DNA from: Thermoplasmata archaeon | GTDB lineage: Archaea; Thermoplasmatota; Thermoplasmata; UBA10834 | Reading direction: 5' to 3' | Assembly: GCA_041554135.1 (NCBI GenBank) | Contig: JBFFML010000003.1 | Span: 2,858 to 66,857 of the forward strand | DNA: 64,000 bases | In this document: positions 26,589 to 35,349 of the stretch, one piece after another | Position numbering within the stretch: position 1 is the stretch's first letter | Layout: every line of letters starts with the position of its first letter | Translations under genes and position numbers: made by a program | The notes under the pieces: generated by a model | The model's input: only the letters and a program-made list of their open reading frames with translations | What the model was told of the DNA's origin: nothing | Database searches by the model: none

Positions 26589-27872
26589 CTACCTTCTTAG
26601 CATGGCGAGGAGTCCCCGCCTCATCCCGAGCGCCTTCCGGTCTATCCTGCCCGTGAGGAGCCTGTCCGTCCTGAATATCCATATCGTGATGCCGATCATC
26701 ACGGCGGCGAACACGGCGACGTAGGCTATGCCCGCGATGACCAGGCCATAGTCGTCGAACATCAAGGCCCTCATCGCCATCATTGGGTGGGAGAACGGTA
26801 TCGCGAAGAGCACGGCCTGACCCGCCAGCGGCAGCGTGTTGAAGTCCTTGAATATGATCATGAACATCGGGACCATTGCGAGGAACGTGATGGGCATGGT
26901 CAGAGTCTGGGCCGATTTGTAGTTCTTCGCGAATGTCCCGAGGACCATGCACATCGACAACGCCGCTATCAGCGTTATGAACAGCGACGCGCCGACGAGG
27001 ACGTAGTCGATCGGGCTAAGCACGAGGCCATACTCGGCGAGGTCGACGGTGGTCGAGCCGGTGAACGCACTCATGTAGTAGTTGAATCCCACCATGTATA
27101 TGGCGGCCATCACTAGCCCGATGAGCGCCCCTGCCACGAGCTTCCCCGTCACGATCGAGCTGCGTCGGACGGGGAGCGTCAGCAACGTCTCGAGCGTCTT
27201 GTTCTCTTTCTCCATACCCATCGACGATATGACCGTCCCGCCGGCTGCCATTATCAGCATCATGATGACGAGTGGCACCATGAACGATTGAGCGGACATG
27301 ATGCCGCTAAGATCGCCTGGGGATATGCCGTCCATCTCCTTGTCGCCGAAGATAGTCACCTCGCTTCTGCCAGTCGGCGACAGCGCGAGCTCCGCGTCGA
27401 CGGACGCGTTCATCTCTATTAGGTGAAGGGAGATGGCACGGTCCACGTGCCAGAGAACCGCGTCCACCGTCGAGGACGAGATGGAGTCCATGAGACCGGC
27501 ACCCCTCATCACCCAGTATATCTCTATCATACCAGGCGAGCCAGAGAGGATGTTCTCCGTGAACGTGGAAGGTATCCGCAGGACAGCGACGCCGTCGTAT
27601 TCGCGTACAGCCTCCAACCCCTCTTCCACATCCGTCCCGTTGTACACAAGCCTAGCATGCTCTAATACCGTCTCGAAAGCGACTGAGGCGAGCTCGCCAT
27701 CGTCCTCGATGGTCAGTCCCACGATGGGCTTGCTGGTGGCCTCCTCCTCCACGCCGCTGAGCATGTTGCCCATGGCGCCGAAGAGGATCGCGATGACCAC
27801 AACCGGGAGTATCGTGGAGCGCGTAAACATCTCCCTGATCTCCTTCCTGAGGATGTTGAGCGTGCTCTTCAT
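26589..27872 (-). CDS. ABC-2 family transporter permease
   Basis: MKSTLNILRKEIREMFTRSTILPVVVIAILFG... has an N-terminal TM, a large extracytoplasmic loop, and a C-terminal bundle of about 5 TM. Its start overlaps the ATPase stop (ATGA). Confidence 0.7.
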   Translation of the reverse strand: MKSTLNILRKEIREMFTRSTILPVVVIAILFGAMGNMLSGVEEEATSKPIVGLTIEDDGELASVAFETVLEHARLVYNGTDVEEGLEAVREYDGVAVLRIPSTFTENILSGSPGMIEIYWVMRGAGLMDSISSSTVDAVLWHVDRAISLHLIEMNASVDAELALSPTGRSEVTIFGDKEMDGISPGDLSGIMSAQSFMVPLVIMMLIMAAGGTVISSMGMEKENKTLETLLTLPVRRSSIVTGKLVAGALIGLVMAAIYMVGFNYYMSAFTGSTTVDLAEYGLVLSPIDYVLVGASLFITLIAALSMCMVLGTFAKNYKSAQTLTMPITFLAMVPMFMIIFKDFNTLPLAGQAVLFAIPFSHPMMAMRALMFDDYGLVIAGIAYVAVFAAVMIGITIWIFRTDRLLTGRIDRKALGMRRGLLAMLRR

Positions 27873-28630
27873 GACACCACCTTCGTGAACACCTCTTCGA
27901 TGTTCTCCGCCCCGTGGCGGTCTTTCAGCTCCGTCGGCGTGCCGAGCTCCACTATCCTGCCGTCGTTGATCAGGGCTATCCGGTCGCACATCAGCTCGAC
28001 CTCGAGCATGTTGTGCGACGACAGCAGTACCGTCGTACCACGTCGAGACGTGTCCTTGACGACCTTCCTTATCTCCTGGGCATTCAGAACGTCCAGGCCG
28101 GAGGTGAGCTCGTCGAGCACGGCTATCCGTGGCTCGATCATGAGCGCTCTGGCCACCAACAGTCTGCGGGTCATACCCTTGCTGTAGGTGTCGACCTTGT
28201 CGCGCATCCTGTCGCCGAGGCTGGCTATCTCTACGCCCTTGGACACAATCCTCTCGACCTCCGCGTGGTCGTCCGCGAAGAATCGCGCTATGAACTGCAG
28301 GTACTCATCGCCCGTCAGGTTCTTGTACGCTCCGGCGTCCTCCGGAAGATAGCTGAGCATCTTCCTCGCCTCGTGGGGCTCTCGCGAGATGTCCGTGCCG
28401 AAGATCGAAACCGAGCCGGAGGAGATCTGCAGTATCGTCGATATGATTCTCAACGCCGTCGTCTTGCCAGCGCCGTTTGGCCCGATGAGCCCGAACACCT
28501 CTCCCCTCTTCACGGTGAAGGATATCCCCTTCAACGCGCGGAACTCACCGTAGTCTTTCACGAGTTCAGAGACCACGAGCGCGAGACCATCCGCGCCAGC
28601 CACGCCGATGCCCCGTCCGTTTGACTGCAT
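27869..28630 (-). CDS. ABC transporter ATP-binding protein
   Basis: GLIGPNGAGKTT (Walker A), LSGGMTRRLLVARAL-type signature (SKGMTRRL), Walker B IAVLDELTSGLD and the H-loop are present. Confidence 0.85.
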   Translation of the reverse strand: MQSNGRGIGVAGADGLALVVSELVKDYGEFRALKGISFTVKRGEVFGLIGPNGAGKTTALRIISTILQISSGSVSIFGTDISREPHEARKMLSYLPEDAGAYKNLTGDEYLQFIARFFADDHAEVERIVSKGVEIASLGDRMRDKVDTYSKGMTRRLLVARALMIEPRIAVLDELTSGLDVLNAQEIRKVVKDTSRRGTTVLLSSHNMLEVELMCDRIALINDGRIVELGTPTELKDRHGAENIEEVFTKVVS

Positions 28631-28692
28631 GCTGCCTCCTCGGGATTCCACCGAGCGTATTTACATATAGCGTAGGAACGCCGAGCCGGCCA

Positions 28693-29748
28693 TCAATACA
28701 TGTCGGCGTACCTGCTCAGAATCGTTATCGCCGTCTCGGTGATCCACATGTCCTTCTCTGGATGTGGTCTCTGCGAGCGATGCCAGAAGCCGTCTCTGGA
28801 CCGGCACTTCAGGAGCCACTCGACGGGCTTCCTCATGCGCTCGTCGTCTGGTCCGTATCCCATGTACGTGAGGATGTCCAAAGCGGTAAGTCCGCTACCC
28901 TGGGACGTCGGATACTTGAGCATCGTCCAGTTCTTCTCCGAATGGTAGAACGAGGTGTGGTGGTTCCTCTTGAAGAACCTGTCCAAGAAGAACTCTGCTC
29001 CGCGCTTGGCCGCCTTCGATGACGAGAGGTCAACGTTCCAAGAGAACGCCCTGACCACCATCATCGTGGTCCATATGCAGCTCGGGACGGAGTCGTACTC
29101 CGAAGGATCGTAGGGCGGGCGCTCGTCGCCCTCGATCAGGTCCCAGAAAGCGCTAGCCTTCATGTGTCTGTAAGCGGGGAGATAACGTACATCCTGAATA
29201 TAGGGTATGTTCCACCCGCCGTCGTGGCGCTGCGTCGAGAGTAGCCATCGAGTCAACCTCTTCGTTCTGGGGTCCTCCTCCATCTCGAACTGCAGGAGGT
29301 TCCTCAGCGCGAAACCGTTGTACTGTGGCATGGGGAATGCCGCAGTCTTCGGACCCAGTATGTATCCTTCTTCGCCCACCCAGCTCAATATGCGCTCCAA
29401 GGCCGTGGGGACATTCCCCTCGCGATTCGAGGTGACGTAGTCTCCCAGGGTGTATAGGTTGTTGAGCATCGTGAGGAATGTCCATCCAACGGGCGGGCCT
29501 GGCCCCCTCCGCTCCTGGGCGTATCTGCTGCTTGAGATGGGCCATGTGCCGTCCTCCCTGAGCGCATTGAGTAGTTTGACCCTCGGAGGGTATGTCGCCG
29601 CGAGCTCCACCGTCCGCTGCACTATCGGGTCGTTCTTGTCCCTTCCCATCATGCCGACGAGTAGATAGTATCGGATCGGGGGCGGCGAGACCTGAAGGAG
29701 CTTGCTCGAGGACTCCTGCACTACCTTTCTTATCTCGTCCAAAGTCAT
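28693..29748 (-). CDS. hypothetical protein with prenyltransferase / terpene-cyclase-like QW repeats (alpha/alpha toroid)
   Basis: DGxW motifs recur (REDGTWPISS, RHDGGWNIPY, SRDGFWHRSQ), separated by aromatic-rich segments. The assignment is tentative. Confidence 0.4.
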   Translation of the reverse strand: MTLDEIRKVVQESSSKLLQVSPPPIRYYLLVGMMGRDKNDPIVQRTVELAATYPPRVKLLNALREDGTWPISSSRYAQERRGPGPPVGWTFLTMLNNLYTLGDYVTSNREGNVPTALERILSWVGEEGYILGPKTAAFPMPQYNGFALRNLLQFEMEEDPRTKRLTRWLLSTQRHDGGWNIPYIQDVRYLPAYRHMKASAFWDLIEGDERPPYDPSEYDSVPSCIWTTMMVVRAFSWNVDLSSSKAAKRGAEFFLDRFFKRNHHTSFYHSEKNWTMLKYPTSQGSGLTALDILTYMGYGPDDERMRKPVEWLLKCRSRDGFWHRSQRPHPEKDMWITETAITILSRYADMY

Positions 29749-29812
29749 CGCAGATTCCCCCTGAACGCTTACTCGCCAATCTGGTTTTCGGTTCGTGGCC
29801 GGATTTCAGAAA

Positions 29813-29822
29813 GGTATAAATA
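29813..29822 (+). promoter_or_regulatory. TATA box (GGTATAAATA) for the RHH gene
   Basis: It matches the GGTATAAATA motif at 23266 and lies about 70 nt upstream of ATG 29892, with GGAGGG 8 nt upstream of that ATG. Confidence 0.5.
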
Positions 29823-29824
29823 TC

Positions 29825-29856
29825 GACGAAACGATAATGACAATCGTCTGACGAAA
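29825..29856 (+). promoter_or_regulatory. candidate operator: GACGAAA direct repeats flanking an ACGAT-N7-ATCGT inverted repeat
   Basis: GACGAAACGATaatgacaATCGTctGACGAAA lies between the TATA box and the RHH start codon, where a repressor would occlude the transcription start site. Confidence 0.3.
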
Positions 29857-29891
29857 TGCCCTTATTCGTCGGACGACAGGAGGGTCGCCGT

Positions 29892-30206
29892 ATGGTCGAG
29901 TCCGAGAGGGTAACCATCAGGTTACCGCACGAGCGAATATCAGCGCTCCAGGCGCTGGTTGACCAGGGACGGTTCTCGACTCTCTCCGACGCGATCCGCG
30001 CTGCCATAGACAGGTTTGTGGACGGAGAGTTCACGCCCGAGTACATAGAGAAGGTGACGGTCGAGCTGCCCAAGGGGAACGTCGTGAACCTGAAGCAGCT
30101 GGTCCAGGATGGCGACTCGATATCCGTCGACGACGCGATAAGAAACGCGGTCCGCGAATACATACGCGCGAAACTCTCCAAGGCGATGGAAGAGATGGAG
30201 AAATAG
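29892..30206 (+). CDS. ribbon-helix-helix (CopG-like) DNA-binding protein, CdrS-like, directly upstream of an ftsZ-family gene
   Basis: MVESERVTIRLPHERISALQALVDQGRFSTLSDAIRAAIDRFV has the RHH beta-strand-then-helices pattern. A second RHH-like unit follows (KVTVELPKGNVVNLKQLVQDGDSISVDDAIRNAVREYI). Haloarchaeal cdrS lies directly upstream of ftsZ2 in the same way (established knowledge). Confidence 0.6.
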   Translation: MVESERVTIRLPHERISALQALVDQGRFSTLSDAIRAAIDRFVDGEFTPEYIEKVTVELPKGNVVNLKQLVQDGDSISVDDAIRNAVREYIRAKLSKAMEEMEK

Positions 30207-30296
30207 GGCCGTCGGAAGCGCGAAGCGGGATGGGGTGCAAGTTGGCCACGCACGTACACATGCACGAGCGAGAGCGCTCAACCGGGGGCGGCTGAA

Positions 30297-31367
30297 ATGC
30301 TCAGCAAGCTCCTCGAAGATGCCCTCCAGAGCGAATGCGGTTTCGAGGCGCATCTCGCACCGAGGATGTGCGTCGTGGGCTGTGGCGGCGGCGGCTCAAA
30401 CAGCGTCCACAGGATCAACGCTATAGGCCTCGAGGGCGTGGACACCATCGCGATCAACACGGACAAGTTCCATCTGTCGAAGGTGAAGGCGAACAAGCGG
30501 CTACTGATCGGCCAGAGATCCACCGGCGGCTACGGCACCGGAGGCGACGCCGAGCTGGGGGAGAAGCTGGCGTTCGAGTTCGCCGAGGAGATAGAATCGC
30601 TGGTGAAGCCATACGACATAGTGTTCATCAGCGCTGGCATGGGCGGGGGCACGGGGACAGGCACAGCGCCGGTCGTGGCCGAGCTCGCCAGGAAGCACGG
30701 CGCGGTGACCGTCGCCCTCGTGACTATACCTTTCGACATCGAGCGGTCGCGTTTCAAGACCGCGTTCAGGGGCATCTCCAAGCTGAGGGACGCTGCCCAC
30801 AGCACGATCATCCTCGACAACAACCGCCTTCTGAAGATCGTCCCCAAGCTGCCGGTCGAGCAGGCGTTCATGGTCATGGACCAGCTCATAGTCGAGGTCG
30901 TCAAGGGCATCACCGAGACGATATGCCAGACGAGCATGATCAACCTCGACTTCGCCGATTTCAGGAACATAATGCTCCAGGGTGGCGCATCGACGGTGCT
31001 CTACGCGGAGAGCGAGGACGCCGAGAAGGTCGTCTTGGAGGCGATCACGAACCCGCTCCTCGACATCGACTTCGACGGCGCGTCGGGGGCGATGATACAC
31101 ATAACCGGCGGTCCTGGTCTATCCCTCCGAAAGGCCTACGAGGTGTTGAACGGCGTCACGGCCAAGCTCGGAAGGAACGCCGCCATAAAACTGGGCGCCA
31201 GAATAGACCCCGATATGGCCAGCACGATAAAGCTCATGGCCATCGTCACGGGCGTACGCCCGCCAGAGGAACGGATGGAGGCGTTCGACAGACGGTCCCA
31301 AGCCCAATTCGCGGATGTCCGGCTAGATAGAGCCGCATCCATGCAATCCTGCGTCACGGAGATCTGA
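30297..31367 (+). CDS. divergent FtsZ-family tubulin-like GTPase (FtsZ2- or CetZ-like)
   Basis: MCVVGCGGGGSN, GMGGGTGTGTAP, NLDFADFRN are present. It is only about 35-40% identical to the tandem FtsZ1 copies. Confidence 0.85.
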   Translation: MLSKLLEDALQSECGFEAHLAPRMCVVGCGGGGSNSVHRINAIGLEGVDTIAINTDKFHLSKVKANKRLLIGQRSTGGYGTGGDAELGEKLAFEFAEEIESLVKPYDIVFISAGMGGGTGTGTAPVVAELARKHGAVTVALVTIPFDIERSRFKTAFRGISKLRDAAHSTIILDNNRLLKIVPKLPVEQAFMVMDQLIVEVVKGITETICQTSMINLDFADFRNIMLQGGASTVLYAESEDAEKVVLEAITNPLLDIDFDGASGAMIHITGGPGLSLRKAYEVLNGVTAKLGRNAAIKLGARIDPDMASTIKLMAIVTGVRPPEERMEAFDRRSQAQFADVRLDRAASMQSCVTEI

Positions 31368-31418
31368 GGCTGAACATAGTTCCTCCCCCCAAAAAGGAAA
31401 AACAACAAAGGCAAACAC

Positions 31419-31461
31419 GCGCCCCTCATTTCAACTCACCGAGGGGCGCAACCAATTTTCT
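31419..31461. terminator. bidirectional terminator-like hairpin with T-tracts on both strands
   Basis: GCGCCCCTC-N13-GAGGGGCGC is a perfect 9-bp stem. AATTTTCTT follows it on the plus strand and TTTGTTGTTTTTCCTTTTT on the minus strand. It lies between the convergent ftsZ-family and trmJ-like genes. Confidence 0.4.
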
Positions 31462-32178
31462 TCATCGTCCACGCCCGGTCTCCTTGGAGCTCCGCTTGGC
31501 CGCCTCATCGAGCACCCCCATCATCGTGTGGAACTCCCATGTCGAGGGCACGGACCTGGCTATCATGCGTCTGAACATCACACGCGTCTTCTTCTTCTTG
31601 TGTTCGGGGTAATCTATCGCGTCCAACAGCTTGGAGAAGTACTCGTTGAGTTTCTCGATCTCCAGCTCGGAGGCTTCCTTGGGTCCCTCTCTGACGATGC
31701 CGTGCGCGAAGAGCTCGTACATCAGGATGGCCGCGGCGTGGCTGATGTTCAGTATGCCGTACTCCGGGTTCGCGGGTATCGTCACGAGGAAATCGCACCG
31801 CCTCACAAGGTCGTTGTCCAGGCCGAAATCCTCCCTGCCGAAGAGCACCGCGATGTTCCCCTCGCACCTGTCGATCTTCTCCGCGAAGGCCTTCGGTGTG
31901 ATGGATATCCTTGAGAATTTCTTGTCGTTCGCCGTGTCTATACCCGAGGTCCCGACTATGTAATCGGTGCCTTCGAGAGCGTCGTCCTCGCGCGCAACGG
32001 TCCTCGCCTTCTTCAGGATGTCGACCCCGTGCATCGAGCGCTTGACCGCCTCCTCGCCTATCTCGCATGGCCTGACCAGTACCAGCTCCTCGAGGCCGAA
32101 GTTCTTCATGGATCTGGCAACGGCTCCGACATTGCCGTCGTTCAGAGACTCGACGAGGACGATTCTTATGTGCGGCAC
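31462..32178 (-). CDS. SpoU/TrmH-family RNA 2'-O-methyltransferase (TrmJ-like)
   Basis: A GTG start gives PHIRIVLVESLNDGNVGAVARSMKNFGLEELVLVRP..., then ...IVGTSG... and ...NISHAAAILMYEL (SPOUT motifs). A basic C-terminal extension like that of archaeal TrmJ follows. Confidence 0.65.
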   Translation of the reverse strand: MPHIRIVLVESLNDGNVGAVARSMKNFGLEELVLVRPCEIGEEAVKRSMHGVDILKKARTVAREDDALEGTDYIVGTSGIDTANDKKFSRISITPKAFAEKIDRCEGNIAVLFGREDFGLDNDLVRRCDFLVTIPANPEYGILNISHAAAILMYELFAHGIVREGPKEASELEIEKLNEYFSKLLDAIDYPEHKKKKTRVMFRRMIARSVPSTWEFHTMMGVLDEAAKRSSKETGRGR

Positions 32179-32200
32179 GGCATTCGCACAGACGAGGCAG

Positions 32201-32208
32201 ATATATAA
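32201..32208. promoter_or_regulatory. shared palindromic TATA box (ATATATAA) between the divergent trmJ-like and truA genes
   Basis: It lies 26-27 nt from both the GTG at 32178 (minus) and the GTG at 32231 (plus). Both transcripts are therefore probably leaderless. Confidence 0.5.
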
Positions 32209-32230
32209 CTCTGTACTCGATGGACGCGGC

Positions 32231-33055
32231 GTGAAGCGTGAGCGCAACATCGCGGTCAAGTTGGCCTACGACGGGTCCAAGTTCTTCGGCTTTCAGAGGC
32301 AGCCGGAGAAGTCAACGGTCGAAGGCGCGTTGATAGACGCCTTGTGCGCCATCGGCGCCGTGCGCTCCGCGGAGGAGAGTTCGTTCCGCAGCTCCAGCAG
32401 GACTGACAGAGGCGTGAGCGCGGTCGGCAATGTCGTCTCGTTCAGGACGGCGTTTCCATTGAGGTCGTTGTGCTCGGCGGCCAACTCGGAGCTCAGAGAC
32501 GCCTGGGTCTACGCCGTCGCCGAGGTGCCGGACGAGTTCAACCCGAGATGGGCGAGGCAGAGATGGTACCGTTACCATCTCCCGAGGCAAGAGCAGGACG
32601 TCGCCGCCATGAGGGAGATCGCCTCGGAGTTCGAGGGCACGCACGATTTCTCGCACTTCTGCAGAAAGGACCACAGAAACCCGGTCCGCAAGATCGATTC
32701 GATCGGGATATCGGAACTCGGTGACATGATGGTCATCGATCTCAGGGCCGAGAGCTTCCTGTGGAACATGGTGCGCAGGATCGTATGGGTCCTGGACGCC
32801 GCATCGAAGGGGCTGGTCGAGCGTGCCGTCGCCAGCCCCGAGGCTGGGCACAGGCTCGCCCGGACCGGCCTCGCGCCAGCGGCCGGGCTGGTGCTCATGG
32901 ACGTCGATTGCGGTGTTGATTTCGTTGTCGACGGGAAAGCGGCTCAGGCGGTCGCCTCCACGATCAGGGCGACGCTCGTGGAGGCGAGTGTTAGACGGGA
33001 GTTCTCGATGCGGCTGCTCGAAGCGGTGTGCTCGGCCAAGGATTGTGAAGGTTGA
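32231..33055 (+). CDS. truA: tRNA pseudouridine synthase A
   Basis: The GTG start VKRERNIAVKLAYDGSKFFGFQRQ aligns with the TruA N-terminus (M-x-R-x-alkyl-lkiaYDGt-f-GfQ-Q). The catalytic Asp region (RTDRGVSAV) is present. The track ORF starting at 31967 carries an N-terminal extension that is probably not translated. Confidence 0.75.
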   Translation: MKRERNIAVKLAYDGSKFFGFQRQPEKSTVEGALIDALCAIGAVRSAEESSFRSSSRTDRGVSAVGNVVSFRTAFPLRSLCSAANSELRDAWVYAVAEVPDEFNPRWARQRWYRYHLPRQEQDVAAMREIASEFEGTHDFSHFCRKDHRNPVRKIDSIGISELGDMMVIDLRAESFLWNMVRRIVWVLDAASKGLVERAVASPEAGHRLARTGLAPAAGLVLMDVDCGVDFVVDGKAAQAVASTIRATLVEASVRREFSMRLLEAVCSAKDCEG

Positions 33056-33082
33056 TATCGCTTGGAGCGGTTGTCCAATCAG

Positions 33083-33595
33083 ATGAAGGCGGCTCTCACG
33101 GGCACACCAGGAACGGGGAAGTCCAGCGCCGCGGCGCTCGTCACGACCATCGGCGTGATGAGCGTCCGTCAGCTAGCGGACGATTCCGGGGCGTCTTCTC
33201 GGACCGACGGAGGGGAGTCCGTCGAGGTGGACGTCGAGGTGGTGGCCCGTGCCCTGGACGGTATCGAGGACGACCTGCTCGTCGAAGGACATCTGGCGCA
33301 CTTGCTCGGAGTCGATCTCGCGGTTGTGCTGCGCTGCTCACCGAAGGTGCTCGGGGAGCGGTTGGCGGGAAGAGGCTACGCGGAAGCGAAGGTCAGGGAG
33401 AACATCGAGGCCGAAGCCGTCGATGTGATATTGGTCGAAGCGCTGGAGATCGTGCCCACCGTATGCGAGATAGACACGACACGCCTGTCGCCCGCCGAGG
33501 TGGCCAAATCTGTCGAGGAGATATTGGCCGGAGAAAGTGAGAAATATCCAGTGGGTCATGTTGACTGGAGCCAGGAGGTCTTGGGCTGGTTCTAG
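33083..33595 (+). CDS. Fap7 / adenylate-kinase-6-like P-loop kinase
   Basis: MKAALTGTPGTGKSS is the N-terminal Walker A. The size (about 170 aa) is typical of the archaeal family of putative adenylate kinases. Confidence 0.55.
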   Translation: MKAALTGTPGTGKSSAAALVTTIGVMSVRQLADDSGASSRTDGGESVEVDVEVVARALDGIEDDLLVEGHLAHLLGVDLAVVLRCSPKVLGERLAGRGYAEAKVRENIEAEAVDVILVEALEIVPTVCEIDTTRLSPAEVAKSVEEILAGESEKYPVGHVDWSQEVLGWF

Positions 33596-33654
33596 ATGGG
33601 TATCGCGAAGAGGCCGATCAGCTGCTGTCGCCGGCAGCGAAGAGACTGTCGTCC

Positions 33655-34206
33655 GTGAACCCGAACCATCTGTCCGCGGTGTCCCTCGTCTTCGCGCTTC
33701 TCGCAGGCATCTTCTTCGCGCAGGAGCCTTCGCACTTCCTTTTGTTGGGTGCGCTCATGGTCTCCGCGAACGGCCTCCTGGACGCCTTGGACGGCAAGGT
33801 CGCCAGGCTGAGGGCGACTGAGTCGAAGCGTGGCGATTTCGTGGACCACGTTATCGACCGCTACGCCGACGTCTTCATCCTCGCGGGCGTCGCCCTGAGC
33901 GTGCACTGCTCGGTATTCGTGGGCCTCTTCGCCGTGATTGGCGTGATGCTGTCCAGCTACATGGGAACGCAGGCACAGGCCCTCGGCCTCAAGAGGCAGT
34001 ACGGCGGCATACTCGGAAGGGCGGACCGACTGGCGCTCCTGATAATCGTCCCTCTGGTGCAGTACATGTTCATGGTCGCCGACCTGGGCATCGGCGAGGA
34101 CCTGCTAGGCTTCTCCCTCGTAGGATGGATGATGATGTACTTCGGCATCGCGGGGAACGTCACCGCCGTCCAGCGCGCGCATCTGATCTGGAAGGCTTTG
34201 TCCTGA
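33655..34206 (+). CDS. CDP-alcohol phosphatidyltransferase family protein
   Basis: The D-G-x2-A-R-x8-G-x3-D-x3-D motif is present (DALDGKVARLRATESKRGDFVDHVIDRYAD), along with about 5 TM helices. Confidence 0.7.
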   Translation: MNPNHLSAVSLVFALLAGIFFAQEPSHFLLLGALMVSANGLLDALDGKVARLRATESKRGDFVDHVIDRYADVFILAGVALSVHCSVFVGLFAVIGVMLSSYMGTQAQALGLKRQYGGILGRADRLALLIIVPLVQYMFMVADLGIGEDLLGFSLVGWMMMYFGIAGNVTAVQRAHLIWKALS

Positions 34207-35296
34207 CCTTGCCGCGCCCCCTGCCCGGTCTCTTCCCCTTGACGCGGTAGTAGGTGAGAGGATGGGTCATCCAGTCCCTGTCGCAAAGGTCGTCGGGGTC
34301 GAAGCATATGCCGTAGCTCTTCATCGTGCTGCACTCCGGCGGGGTGTATTCGGTACCCGAGATCTCGCCGGTTATGTGCTGTATCTGGTACCTGCTCTTG
34401 CTCTCGTCGAAGTCGGCTGACGCGGCGAACGTCGAGAGTATCGTCTCGGAGTCCATGCCGAGCGTGTGCAAGAACGCGACTATCGCGAACCTCCCCGTGT
34501 GCGGCACGTTCTCGCCGCGACGTATCATCTCGAGGAGCGCCTTCATGCACGGGGGGAATCTCACTATGCTCACGCGCCCGAAGTCCTTCTCCGGGTGTTC
34601 CGCCCTCTTCTCCTCGAGCGCCCTCCTTATCTCCTCGATGTCCTCGGCGAACGTCTCGAGGATGGCGTCGTTGACGGGCAGCGGCAGCTCCGAGGCTATC
34701 TTGTCGGTTATCATCTGCTCGACAAGTCGTATCAGCTTTCCCTCGGAGACCAGCGTCGTGCCTTCTCGGACCTCCTGGTTGACAAGCTTCCAGGACTTGC
34801 TCTTCATCGAGGACGAGTACCTCAGGAAGTCGGCGAAGTCGACCGCGAGCGATCCATCGATGTCCCGTATCTGCAGGCCGAGCTCCTCCGCCACCCGCAT
34901 CACGAAAGGCTCGACGCGGTCCCCCGCGGGCTTCCGGTCTCTCTTCGCCCCGCGGTCTTTGGCGCTCTCGGCATCGGCCGTCAGCCTTGAGTTCGCGAGC
35001 TTCGCCTCGGCGATGGCGTAGCGGCGGATGAACTTCTCGTCGCCGAGGCACGAGACGAGCATCCTCGCGACCGGGTAGCTGAGCAGCTCGTTCATGGCGT
35101 CCGCCTCGGAGGTCATCGGGCGGTCGACGACCTTGGGGAACTCTATCGCCTCGAGGACCCGTTCCTTCCCGAGCGCACGTGCCCGCTCGTACGCGATGCT
35201 CGACATGAGGCTATCGAGCGTCACGCCTTCCTCCTTGAGCAGCTCCGAGGAACCTCTCAGGAACGGGTACCTCGCCGCGAGCTTCGTGTCTATCAT
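34160..35296 (-). CDS. priL: DNA primase large subunit PriL
   Basis: Conserved PriL helical regions (VPHTGRFAIVAFLHTLGMDSETIL) and C-terminal Fe-S cysteines (PPECSTMKSYGICFDPDDLCDRDW) are present. The TATA-like cttatagtatc sits about 25 nt upstream of the start. Confidence 0.75.
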   Translation of the reverse strand: MIDTKLAARYPFLRGSSELLKEEGVTLDSLMSSIAYERARALGKERVLEAIEFPKVVDRPMTSEADAMNELLSYPVARMLVSCLGDEKFIRRYAIAEAKLANSRLTADAESAKDRGAKRDRKPAGDRVEPFVMRVAEELGLQIRDIDGSLAVDFADFLRYSSSMKSKSWKLVNQEVREGTTLVSEGKLIRLVEQMITDKIASELPLPVNDAILETFAEDIEEIRRALEEKRAEHPEKDFGRVSIVRFPPCMKALLEMIRRGENVPHTGRFAIVAFLHTLGMDSETILSTFAASADFDESKSRYQIQHITGEISGTEYTPPECSTMKSYGICFDPDDLCDRDWMTHPLTYYRVKGKRPGRGRGKVRTKPSRSDARAGRR

Positions 35297-35349
35297 CTGA
35301 GCAACGCCGGGCTGGGATGAATCGGCCGGTCGATACTATAAGTTGACTG

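Noticed and set aside
33546-33556. TATCCAGTGGGTCA (ORB-core-like) inside the fap7-like gene
   Set aside because: It lies within coding sequence and encodes part of the EKYPVGHVDW motif. It is most likely coincidental.
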